A DNA stretch of 64,000 nucleotides from an uncultured Chloroflexia bacterium. Lineage in GTDB: Bacteria; Chloroflexota; Limnocylindria; Limnocylindrales; CSP1-4. Below are positions 10,405-19,032 of this stretch, one piece after another (position 1 is the first letter of the stretch; each line of letters begins with the position of its first letter). The position numbers and the translations under genes were made by a program. The notes under the pieces are model-generated. The model saw only the letters and a list, made by a program, of their open reading frames with translations, ran no database searches and was not told the DNA's origin. The stretch is from assembly GCA_963720755.1 (NCBI GenBank), contig CAVRGP010000011.1:192001-256000 (forward strand). The letters run 5' to 3'.

Positions 10405-11100
10405 ATGAAGGACCACCCGGGGCTCGTCGCCCTGACCTCGGAGATCGTCGACTGCCGGCGCTGCCCGCGACTCGTCGCATGGCGACAACAGGTCGCTCGG
10501 GACAAGGTCCGCCGGTTCCGGGACGAGCCGTACTGGGGTCGGCCGGTCCCCGGGTTCGGCGATCCGGACGGGCGGATCCTCATCGTCGGCCTTGCGCCCG
10601 CGGCGCACGGCGCGAACCGCACCGGGCGGGTCTTCACTGGTGACGCATCGGGCGATCTCCTGTGGGCGACCCTGCACGCCATCGGGCTGGCCGACCGCCC
10701 GACATCGCGCTCGGCCGACGATGGCCTGACTCTGACCGATAGCTACATCGCCGCAGCCGTCCGGTGTGCGCCACCGGCCAACAAGCCGACGGTCGAAGAG
10801 CGTGACGCATGCGCCCCGTTCCTGGTTCGCGAGATCGGGTTACTGGACGAACTGAAGGTCGTGGTCGCACTCGGCGCGTTCGGTTGGGACGCCGTCATCC
10901 GCGCGTTCGCGACGCTCGGCCATGAGGTCCACCCGAAGCCGCGTTTCGGGCATGGGGCCGAGGCGCAGATCGGACCGTTCCGCCTCATCGGTACCTATCA
11001 TCCCAGCCAGCAGAACACGTTCACCGGCCGTCTGACGCCATCGATGTTCGAGGCGGTCCTCGCTCGAGCGAAGGCGCTGGTCGCCGTCCTGCCTGCCTGA
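10405..11100 (+). CDS. udgB: Family 5 uracil-DNA glycosylase (Fe-S)
   Basis: CRRCPRL, GLAPAAHGANRTGRVFTGD, RCAPPANKP, YHPSQQNT. Start placed at ATG 10405, after the permease stop. Confidence 0.9.
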   Translation: MKDHPGLVALTSEIVDCRRCPRLVAWRQQVARDKVRRFRDEPYWGRPVPGFGDPDGRILIVGLAPAAHGANRTGRVFTGDASGDLLWATLHAIGLADRPTSRSADDGLTLTDSYIAAAVRCAPPANKPTVEERDACAPFLVREIGLLDELKVVVALGAFGWDAVIRAFATLGHEVHPKPRFGHGAEAQIGPFRLIGTYHPSQQNTFTGRLTPSMFEAVLARAKALVAVLPA

Positions 11101-11128
11101 CGCCACCTCCCGTATCCTTCTCATCCCG

Positions 11129-12250
11129 ATGGCCACGACCGAACGCGACCTGTACATGATCCTCGGCGTCGAGCGCAACGCGAGCGACGCCGAGATCAAG
11201 CGCGCCTTCCGCAAGCTCGCCCAGCAATGGCACCCCGACGTCAACGCGGACCCCGCGGCGCAGGAGCGGTTCAAGGAGGTCAACGAGGCCTACCAGATCC
11301 TGTCCGACCCGGACCGGCGGTCCCGCTACGATCAGTTCGGCCGGGCCGGCGTGGACGGTGGCCCCGGAGGCGCCGCCGGATTCGAAGGGTTCGGCGGCTT
11401 CTCGGACATCTTCGATGCCTTCTTCGGTGGCGGAGCCGGTGGCGCTGCCGCCCGACACGGGCGACCGCAGGCGGGCGCCGATCTTCGCTATGACCTGCGG
11501 ATCACCTTCGAAGAGGCGGTCGCCGGGACCGAGAAGGAGATCTCCTTCTCGGTCCTCCAGGCGTGTGAGACGTGCGGCGGCGATGGCGCCAAGCCGGGCA
11601 GCGAGCCGACGACCTGTCCGCGTTGCGGCGGACGCGGCGAGGTCCGTTCGGTCCGCCAGACGATGCTCGGACAGATGGTCAACGTCAGCGCCTGTCCACG
11701 CTGCCAGGGTGAGGGCAAGATCATCGAGACGCCGTGCGACACGTGCCACGGCGACGGGCGGACCGAGCGAAAGCGGACCCTTCGGGTCAGCATCCCCGCG
11801 GGGATCGATGAGGGCCATCAGATCCGACTGTCGAATGAAGGCGAGTCCGGGCCACGAAACGGCCAACCGGGAAGCCTGTACGTGGCCGTCCACGTCGAGT
11901 CCCATCCATCGCTGACTCGTGACGGCACGGAGCTGTACTACGAGGCGGTCGTCTCGATCGCCCAGGCGGCCCTCGGGACCCGGATCACCGTGCCGACGGT
12001 CGACGGCACCGAAGAGGTCGAGATCAAGCCCGGGACCCAGCCCAACACGGAGATCCGCTTGCGTGGCAAGGGCGTGCCCCACCTCCGCCGTTCCGGGCAG
12101 CGCGGCGACCTCCACGTGATGGTGGACGTGGTCGTGCCCACCAAGCTGTCCAAGAAGGCTCGCGAGCTCCTGGCCGCGTACGCCGACGAGGCCGGCGATC
12201 CGGTCGAGCATGGCGGTGGGGGCCTGCGCGAAAAGCTGGGGCTCGGTTGA
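11129..12250 (+). CDS. dnaJ: Chaperone DnaJ
   Basis: J-domain with HPD, G/F-rich region and four CxxCxGxG zinc repeats. Confidence 0.97.
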   Translation: MATTERDLYMILGVERNASDAEIKRAFRKLAQQWHPDVNADPAAQERFKEVNEAYQILSDPDRRSRYDQFGRAGVDGGPGGAAGFEGFGGFSDIFDAFFGGGAGGAAARHGRPQAGADLRYDLRITFEEAVAGTEKEISFSVLQACETCGGDGAKPGSEPTTCPRCGGRGEVRSVRQTMLGQMVNVSACPRCQGEGKIIETPCDTCHGDGRTERKRTLRVSIPAGIDEGHQIRLSNEGESGPRNGQPGSLYVAVHVESHPSLTRDGTELYYEAVVSIAQAALGTRITVPTVDGTEEVEIKPGTQPNTEIRLRGKGVPHLRRSGQRGDLHVMVDVVVPTKLSKKARELLAAYADEAGDPVEHGGGGLREKLGLG

Positions 12251-13194
12251 GCGATCCGGTCGGCGGCGGCGGTGCCTGGTTGGAGCTGTCGGTCACCGCG
12301 GACGTCGAGGCGGTCGAGGTCGTGAGCGAGATCTTCGGTCGAGTGGCGCCGGGCGGGATCACCATCGAGCCGGCCTTCGACCTTGTCGACGAGGGCCTGG
12401 GGGTGCGCGTCGATCCGACTCGGCCGGCGACGATCAGAGCGTACGTTCCGGCTCGGGACCGCGCGGCGGCCGAGCGCGCGGCCGCCGAGGTCGCGGACGC
12501 GCTCGGCCACCTGCAGGCATTCGGCCTGCGCCCGATCGGCGACCTGCAGACGCGGGTCGTCGACGAAGCGGATTGGGCCGATGCCTGGAAGGCGTACTTC
12601 CCGGTGATGCGGATCGGTCGCAGGCTCGTCATCCGGCCGACCTGGCGCCGCCATCGGCGTCAGCCGGACGACGTCGTCCTGGCCCTCGATCCCGGGATGG
12701 CGTTCGGGACGGGACTCCACCCGACGACGCGGTTATGCCTGGCCGGGATCGAGGCGCTCGCGGATCGCGGGCGGCTCGACGGCGCGCGCGTCCTCGATGT
12801 CGGCTGCGGCTCGGGGATCCTGGCGATCGCGGCGCTCAAGCTCGGGGCAGCGACGGCGCTCGCCCTCGACACCGACCCCATCGCCATCGAGGCGACCATG
12901 GCGAATGCGCGCCGGAACGCGCTTGTCCGCCGGGTGTCGACCGGGGTCGGCAGCCTGCCGAGTGACGCCCCGGCCTTCGATATCGTCCTGGCCAATCTCA
13001 TCGCCGGGATCCTGGTGCCGCTCGCGACCGCGCTGCGCGAGGAGCTCCGGGTCGGGGGCTTCCTGATCGCATCCGGGATCTTCGTGGACCGTGAAGACGA
13101 GGTCCGTCGCGCGTTCGACGCCGCCGGACTGACCGTGACCGGACGAGCGACGGAGGGTGAATGGGTCGCCCTCGAGGCTTCGCGCCAGGGCTGA
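12247..13194 (+). CDS. prmA: Ribosomal protein L11 methyltransferase
   Basis: DPGMAFGTGLHPTT, LDVGCGSGIL, ANL, SGI motifs. Directly follows dnaJ. Confidence 0.95.
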   Translation: MSDPVGGGGAWLELSVTADVEAVEVVSEIFGRVAPGGITIEPAFDLVDEGLGVRVDPTRPATIRAYVPARDRAAAERAAAEVADALGHLQAFGLRPIGDLQTRVVDEADWADAWKAYFPVMRIGRRLVIRPTWRRHRRQPDDVVLALDPGMAFGTGLHPTTRLCLAGIEALADRGRLDGARVLDVGCGSGILAIAALKLGAATALALDTDPIAIEATMANARRNALVRRVSTGVGSLPSDAPAFDIVLANLIAGILVPLATALREELRVGGFLIASGIFVDREDEVRRAFDAAGLTVTGRATEGEWVALEASRQG

Positions 13195-13242
13195 TCCCGC
13201 GCCGGCAGGCGGTCGGCCGCCTGGGGCCTACAATCGGCGGCG

Positions 13243-13701
13243 ATGCCCGCCTACTTCCCGGCCCTGCTCGTCGCCCACATCATCCTCGCCGTCAGCCTCG
13301 TGCTGCCGTCGATCCTCCTCCCGTTCGCGCTTCGGACGCGGCGGGCGACGATCGAGTCGGAGCATCGCGTGGTGCGCGGGCTGCTGTGGGCGCAGACTCA
13401 CGGGACGATCGCCATCGGGTTGGGCCTGGCGCTGACCGGTCTCGGCCTCATCGGCGCGCTCGGTTCGACGATGCTCGAGCAGCCATGGCTGATCCTTGCC
13501 CTGACGATCTACTTCATCAATCTCGGGATCGCCTTCTTCGTCCAGCGGCCCAACCTGCGGCGACTCATCGGCGTCCGGGCCGCAGCCGATGACCAGACGT
13601 GGCTCGATCGCGCCAGGCGGCAGCGCTACGTGTCGTACCTGATGGCCGGCCTGGTCGGCACGATCGGGTTCCTGATGAGTTCGAAGCCGGTCCTGTGGTG
13701 A
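13243..13701 (+). CDS. Four-TM membrane protein (DUF2269-like)
   Basis: Four hydrophobic helices, N-terminal HI motif and C-terminal LMSSKP resembling the DUF2269 signature. Confidence 0.65.
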   Translation: MPAYFPALLVAHIILAVSLVLPSILLPFALRTRRATIESEHRVVRGLLWAQTHGTIAIGLGLALTGLGLIGALGSTMLEQPWLILALTIYFINLGIAFFVQRPNLRRLIGVRAAADDQTWLDRARRQRYVSYLMAGLVGTIGFLMSSKPVLW

Positions 13702-13718
13702 CCGCGGAGGAGGTGCCG

Positions 13719-14066
13719 GTGGCCCCGGATTGTCTGTTCTGCAAGATCGCGGCCGGCACGATCCCGGCCGACAAGGTCCACGACGATGATCTTGTCGTCG
13801 CGTTCAGGGACATCGCCCCGAAGGCCCCGACGCATATCCTCTTGATCTCCCGCCGGCACATCCCGTCCGCGCGCGAGTTGACCGAGGCCGATGGCCCGAT
13901 GCTCGGCCGCCTGTTCGCGGTCGCTGCCGACCTTGCCCGATCGTCCGGGATCGCGAGCGATGGGTACCGGCTCGTCTCGAACGTCGGCCGCTGGGGCGGC
14001 CAGACCGTGGATCACCTGCACCTCCACCTGATGGGCGGGCGGTCGTTCGAGTGGCCGCCCGGATGA
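13719..14066 (+). CDS. Histidine triad (HIT) nucleotide-binding protein
   Basis: DCLFCKI, AFRDIAPKAPTHIL, GQTVDHLHLHLMGG. GTG 13719 follows SD GGAGGAGG; alternative start at 13698. Confidence 0.93.
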   Translation: MAPDCLFCKIAAGTIPADKVHDDDLVVAFRDIAPKAPTHILLISRRHIPSARELTEADGPMLGRLFAVAADLARSSGIASDGYRLVSNVGRWGGQTVDHLHLHLMGGRSFEWPPG

Positions 14067-14608
14067 CCCGGAAGCGCGCCTCGGCCGGATCGGCCGCCCT
14101 CGCGATCATGCTGCTCCTCGTCGCCGGGTGTGCGCCGGCCGAAGGTCCGGTGCAGAGCGTCCCGGTCGCGTCGGTCGGGCCCGACCGGACAGTGAGTCCC
14201 ACGGTGGCCCTGACCCGGGCTGCGCTCGTCAGCGCCCTCGGTGCGCACAACCTCGTCCTGACCGACAGTCAAGCGCCGGTCCGGCCTGCCGAGGCGGCAT
14301 CGCTCGCCGCCGCCCCACGGGCCGTCTACCAGGTCACGCTCCCGAAGGACCCGGACAAGGGATACATCGTCGTCTATGAATTCGCGGATCCCACCCTTGC
14401 CGCCGCTGCGGCCGCCGAACAGCAGGCGTACCTCGCGACGGGACCGGGCCGGGTCCAGACCCCACAGGGGACGGTCACGATCATCCGCCAGGTCGGCAAT
14501 ACGGTCGTTCTCTACGATTGGCTTCCCGGCGCGGCACAGGACGACGCCGCGCCAGGGATCCAGACCGCGCTCGAGACGCTCGGGATCGGTTTTCCCGTCC
14601 CGAACTGA
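14063..14608 (+). CDS. Hypothetical lipoprotein
   Basis: Basic N-terminus, hydrophobic stretch and lipobox LVAGC. ATGA overlap with the HIT gene. Confidence 0.7.
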   Translation: MTRKRASAGSAALAIMLLLVAGCAPAEGPVQSVPVASVGPDRTVSPTVALTRAALVSALGAHNLVLTDSQAPVRPAEAASLAAAPRAVYQVTLPKDPDKGYIVVYEFADPTLAAAAAAEQQAYLATGPGRVQTPQGTVTIIRQVGNTVVLYDWLPGAAQDDAAPGIQTALETLGIGFPVPN

Positions 14609-14620
14609 CGCAGGGGACGT

Positions 14621-14649
14621 TTGACCTGTCAGATGCCCTCGGCTATGCT
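14621..14649 (+). promoter_or_regulatory. Sigma70-type promoter upstream of rpsU
   Basis: TTGACC (14621-26), 17-bp spacer, TATGCT (14644-49). Confidence 0.75.
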
Positions 14650-14750
14650 CCGCCAGCCCTGAACGGCTTTCCGTCCAGGTGGCTCCCGGACCGGTCGGCC
14701 GCGTTTCGGAAGCGTCCTCACGACCCATGGCCTGGGGAGGTGAACCGGGA

Positions 14751-14936
14751 TTGGCAGAAGTCCGAGTGGGTGAGAACGAGACGTTCGAAAGCGCCCTGCG
14801 TCGCTTCAACAAAAAGATCCAGCAGAGCGGCATCCTCGCCGAAGCTCGCCGACGCGAGCACTACGAGAAGCCCTCTGTGAAGCGCAAGCGCAAGGAAGCC
14901 AAGCGCAAGAAGAACGCCCGAACGCAGGTCGGCTGA
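14751..14936 (+). CDS. rpsU: 30S ribosomal protein S21
   Basis: [10 protein letters not shown]...[24 protein letters not shown] start after SD GGAGGTGA. Confidence 0.96.
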   Translation: MAEVRVGENETFESALRRFNKKIQQSGILAEARRREHYEKPSVKRKRKEAKRKKNARTQVG

Positions 14937-14993
14937 GCGGGCCCCCAGCCCGACCCAAGCGCCTGTACCCCGCGGGCCTATCGACGGGTCGTC

Positions 14994-15512
14994 GTGATGA
15001 ACGAGGATCCGCCCGCCCGAGGTGCCAGACCGGTGTCCCTTCACGATCGCATCCAGACCGACATCGCCGCCGCCATGCGGGCGGGTGACGGCCTGCGTCG
15101 CGATGTCCTGCGAATGGTCGTGAGTGCCGCCTACACCATCGAAAAGAAGCAGGGCCGCGCCCTGACCGACGACGAGTACCTGTCGGTGCTGAGCCGCGAA
15201 GTCAAGACCCGTCGCGAGTCGGTCGAGGCGTTCCGGGCGGGCCACCGCGAGGACCTCGCGGCCAAGGAAGAAGCGGAGATCGCGATCATCGCCGGATACC
15301 TGCCCGCCGCCCTGTCGGACGCGGAGATCGAGCGGCTGGTCCGCGAGGGGATCGCCGCCACGGGTGCGTCGAGCGCACGCGACATGGGCAAGGTCATGGG
15401 CTGGCTGGCTCCGCGGACGCGGGGCCGGGCGGACGGGAAGCGGGTCAGCGAGCTCGTCGTCCAGACGCTCGCGGCGGCCGATCTCGCCGCGCACGATCAT
15501 GGCAGCGCTTGA
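14994..15512 (+). CDS. yqeY: GatB/YqeY domain protein
   Basis: REVKTRRESVEAF, GREDLA-like, YLP, DMGKVMG motifs. Canonical position after rpsU. Start could be GTG near 15033. Confidence 0.9.
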   Translation: MMNEDPPARGARPVSLHDRIQTDIAAAMRAGDGLRRDVLRMVVSAAYTIEKKQGRALTDDEYLSVLSREVKTRRESVEAFRAGHREDLAAKEEAEIAIIAGYLPAALSDAEIERLVREGIAATGASSARDMGKVMGWLAPRTRGRADGKRVSELVVQTLAAADLAAHDHGSA

Positions 15513-15533
15513 ACCCGGGCGGATGATGAGATC

Positions 15534-17672
15534 ATGCTGAACCAGCAGGCCGACAGCTCGACGCAGTTCACCCGCCACGATCTGCCGCGCCTGCTGATCG
15601 CCGCGGGCATCCTGATCGTGGCCCTGACGGTGGTCCTCGGAGCCGACATCGTCCCGCAGACGCCACTCGACGTGACCGCGGGCCAACTCGCGACCAAGGA
15701 CATCGTGGCCCCGCGTGCGATCGAATTCGACAGCACGGTCCAGACGGAGGAGGCGAAGACAGCGGCCCGCGCGGCGGTGCCGTTCCAGTACAGCTTCACG
15801 TCCGAGAACGCGATCGCGATCGCGGCGGCCCAGCAGATCGCCTTCGAGCAACGGGTTTCGCGCGTCGACACGATGTTCGCCGCCGACCTCAGTGACGAGG
15901 CCCGGGCGGCACTCCTGACCTCGGCGATCCCGGACCTCTCGGACGGCGCTCAAGCGACGCTGGTCGGGCTCGATGTGGCGGGTTGGGCGAACGTCCGCAC
16001 GGAGTCGGCGCGCGTCCTCGACGCGACCCTCCGGACCGAGCTCCGAGACACGGAGGTGGACGATACTCGCGCCCAGATCGCCGGGCGGATGGCCGGCGGC
16101 CTCGATGAGGCACAGCGGATGCTGGCGGCCGAGATCATCGCACCACTCATCGTCGCGAATTCCTCGTTCAGCGAGGAGTTGACGGCCCAGGCCCGCGACA
16201 AGGCCGCGGAGGCGGTCGCGCCGGTCCCGGTCACCATCCGCCAGGGCGAAGTGATCGTTCGCAACGGGTCGCCACTCACCGCCGCGGATGTCGAGAAGAT
16301 CGATGCCCTCGGGCTCAACGTGGCGCAACCGGACGTGGCCAGTTTCGGCGGCTGGCTGCTCCTGGCGATCCTCGTCGTCGGGATGCTGCTGGCCTGGATC
16401 TGGCGGTTCCGGCCGGGCCTCTGGCACCGCGACAACGTCCTGATCCTCATCGGCCTACTCGTCGTCGGCGCGACCGTCGCCCTCAAGGTCACCGCGGATC
16501 GACCGACCCTGCCGTTCTTCCTGCCGACGGCGGCTATCGCCATCCTCCTGGCCATCCTGCTCGATGCGACAGTCGCGACGATCGTCATCGCCCTGGTCGC
16601 GCTCATCGGCGGTGCGGTGAACGGCGGCTCGCTCGAGTTCGCCACGTACATCTTCCTTGGTGGTCTGGCCGGGGTCGTCGTCATCCGCAAGGGCGATCGA
16701 CTGCAGGCGTTCGTCCAGGCCGCCGTGGTCGTCTTCGTCACCAACGCGCTGGTCGTGACGGTGTTCTCGCTCCTGGGAGCTCGTGATGTTCGGGGGATCC
16801 TCGAACTCTGGTTCGCGTCGGCGACATCTGCGGCCGGCTCCGGGGTGGCCGCTGCCGGGACGTTCGCCGTTCTCGGTTCGGTGTTCGGGATCCTGACCGT
16901 GTTCCAGCTGCTCGAACTGGCGAACCCATCACAACCGCTGCTGCGCCGGCTGCTCGTCGAGACGCCGGGGACGTATCACCACTCGCTGATGGTCGGCAAT
17001 CTTGCCGAGCGGGCGGCGGAGGCGATCGGTGCCGATCCGCTGGTGACCCGCGTCGCCGCGTACTACCACGATGTCGGCAAGCTGGCGAACCCGCTCGCGT
17101 TCATCGAGAACCAGGCCGGCGGCGAGAACATCCACGACCAGCTCGACCCGGAGGTCAGCGCCCGGGTCCTCAAGCAGCACGTCGTCGACGGCATCGACCT
17201 CGCCTACAAGGCGCATCTGCCGAAGGCGCTCATCGCCTACATCCCACAGCATCACGGGACGGCGATCATGAGCTACTTCTTCGCTCGGGCGAAGGAACTG
17301 GCCGCGCCCGGCGAGATCGTCGACGAGCGGAAGTTCCGGCACGCCGGACCGAAACCGCAATCGCGTGAAGCGGCTCTGATCATGCTCGCCGATGGGGTCG
17401 AGGCCTCGGTCAGATCGCTGGCGGCCCGCGATGAGCCGGCGATCCGGGCCATGGTTTCGCGGATCATCGACGAGCGCGTCGGCGACGGCCAGTTCGACGA
17501 ATGCGACCTGACCCTGCGCGACCTCGATCGGATCCGCGAGGCATTCGTCGGCCAGCTCCTCGGGATGTATCACACCCGGATCGCGTATCCGCAAAGTACG
17601 GTCGTCGAACTCGAATCGAGACGCGCCGCGAGTGGCGGTGGGTCGAGTGGAGGGAGCGGCCCGGCTTCGTGA
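15534..17672 (+). CDS. 7TM-HD (HDIG) phosphohydrolase, PgpH-like cyclic dinucleotide phosphodiesterase
   Basis: N-terminal TM, extracellular domain, about seven TMs, then ELANPSQPLL, PGTYHHS, YYHDVGK, QHHGT, GPKPQSREAALIMLAD. Confidence 0.88.
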   Translation: MLNQQADSSTQFTRHDLPRLLIAAGILIVALTVVLGADIVPQTPLDVTAGQLATKDIVAPRAIEFDSTVQTEEAKTAARAAVPFQYSFTSENAIAIAAAQQIAFEQRVSRVDTMFAADLSDEARAALLTSAIPDLSDGAQATLVGLDVAGWANVRTESARVLDATLRTELRDTEVDDTRAQIAGRMAGGLDEAQRMLAAEIIAPLIVANSSFSEELTAQARDKAAEAVAPVPVTIRQGEVIVRNGSPLTAADVEKIDALGLNVAQPDVASFGGWLLLAILVVGMLLAWIWRFRPGLWHRDNVLILIGLLVVGATVALKVTADRPTLPFFLPTAAIAILLAILLDATVATIVIALVALIGGAVNGGSLEFATYIFLGGLAGVVVIRKGDRLQAFVQAAVVVFVTNALVVTVFSLLGARDVRGILELWFASATSAAGSGVAAAGTFAVLGSVFGILTVFQLLELANPSQPLLRRLLVETPGTYHHSLMVGNLAERAAEAIGADPLVTRVAAYYHDVGKLANPLAFIENQAGGENIHDQLDPEVSARVLKQHVVDGIDLAYKAHLPKALIAYIPQHHGTAIMSYFFARAKELAAPGEIVDERKFRHAGPKPQSREAALIMLADGVEASVRSLAARDEPAIRAMVSRIIDERVGDGQFDECDLTLRDLDRIREAFVGQLLGMYHTRIAYPQSTVVELESRRAASGGGSSGGSGPAS

Positions 17673-18208
17673 CCCGGGCGATCTATCTCGGTCCCTGGCG
17701 AGTCGACCTGACCATCCGCGATGGGGTATCCGTGCCGGTCCCGGCGATCATCCTTGCCCGCGCGGTCGTCGAGGCGCTCCAGGTGGCTGACGCCCCTCGG
17801 CCGGCGTCGATCGGGCTGATCCTGTCCGACGACGACGAACTTGCCGTCCTGGATGCCGAGCACCTCGGCAAGGCTGGCCCGACCGACGTCCTGTCGTTCC
17901 CACTCCTGTCGCCCCAGGCATACCCACCGCACCCCGGCACCCGCCACGTCGCCGGCAGCGTCCCAACGACATTCGTGCTGCCGCCTGGCCGCCGCCTGCA
18001 CCTCGGCGACATCGTCGTTTCGGTCGAGCGAGCGACCGACCAGGCCGAACGTGGCCAGGGTGGCCAGACTGGCGACGTCCGCTGGTCGCCGGCCGACGAA
18101 CTCCGGCTGCTCGTGACCCACGGCACCCTGCACATCTGTGGCTGGGATCACGCGGAGCCGGACGAAGAGACGGCGATGCGCGCCCTGGAACGGCGATTGC
18201 TCGGCTGA
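17669..18208 (+). CDS. ybeY: rRNA maturation endoribonuclease YbeY
   Basis: PTDVLSFP, LGDIVVS, HGTLHICGWDH. GTGA overlap with the HD gene. Confidence 0.92.
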   Translation: MTRAIYLGPWRVDLTIRDGVSVPVPAIILARAVVEALQVADAPRPASIGLILSDDDELAVLDAEHLGKAGPTDVLSFPLLSPQAYPPHPGTRHVAGSVPTTFVLPPGRRLHLGDIVVSVERATDQAERGQGGQTGDVRWSPADELRLLVTHGTLHICGWDHAEPDEETAMRALERRLLG

Positions 18209-18340
18209 CCCGTACGGCGACGCCGGGCGACGGGGCCGGCGGCCGGGCGGATCGCCGCCTGAAGGATCCGACTGCTACCATCGTTCCGGGCCCTCCCGGA
18301 GCGGGATCGGGCCCTGTCGTGCTGTCTCTCGGAGGTCGTC

Positions 18341-19030
18341 GTGAAGGTCGTGGTCGGTCTGGGCAATCCGGGATCCCAGTACGCCGGCACGCGGCACAAC
18401 ATCGGCTGGCTGGTGATGGACCGGTTGGCCCAGCGCGCTGGCTGGACCGGCAAGGGACGCCAGCGCGACGCCTCGAACGTCGCGATGGGTCGGTTTCGTG
18501 GGCTCGACCTGACCCTGGTCAAACCGCTCACGTACATGAACGACTCCGGACTGGCCGTCCGGAAGGTCCTCGCTCGGGAGCACGCTCCACTCATCGACGT
18601 GCTGGTCGTCGCCGACGATTTCGCGCTGCCGTTCGGCAAGCTGCGTTTCCGCGAGGGTGGTGGACCCGGCGGTCACAACGGCCTGCGTTCGATCATCGAC
18701 GAGCTCGGGACCGAGAAGTTCGGCCGATTACGGATCGGGATCGGTGAGCCCGACCGGAGTGCCGTCGATCATGTCCTGGCGCGGTTCGCCCCGGACGAGC
18801 AGCAGCGTCTCGACGAGCTGCTCGACGCGGCCGCGGACGCGGTGGAAGCCTGGGCGCGCGACGGGACCAACAAGGCGGCAAACCGGTTCAACATGTTCGA
18901 GCTGCGGCCCGCCGACACATCGCGCCGGGCCGCGGCGGGCGAGGTCGACGGCCCGCCGGATGCGGACGGGATCCGGCGCACACGGACGGGCTGGCGACGG
19001 ATCCGGCCGCCCAGACCGCCGGACGCCTAG
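18341..19030 (+). CDS. pth: Peptidyl-tRNA hydrolase with C-terminal extension
   Basis: VGLGNPG, TRHNIG, KPLTYMNDSG, GGHNGLRSI, RLRIGIG. Confidence 0.96.
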   Translation: MKVVVGLGNPGSQYAGTRHNIGWLVMDRLAQRAGWTGKGRQRDASNVAMGRFRGLDLTLVKPLTYMNDSGLAVRKVLAREHAPLIDVLVVADDFALPFGKLRFREGGGPGGHNGLRSIIDELGTEKFGRLRIGIGEPDRSAVDHVLARFAPDEQQRLDELLDAAADAVEAWARDGTNKAANRFNMFELRPADTSRRAAAGEVDGPPDADGIRRTRTGWRRIRPPRPPDA

Positions 19031-19032
19031 GC

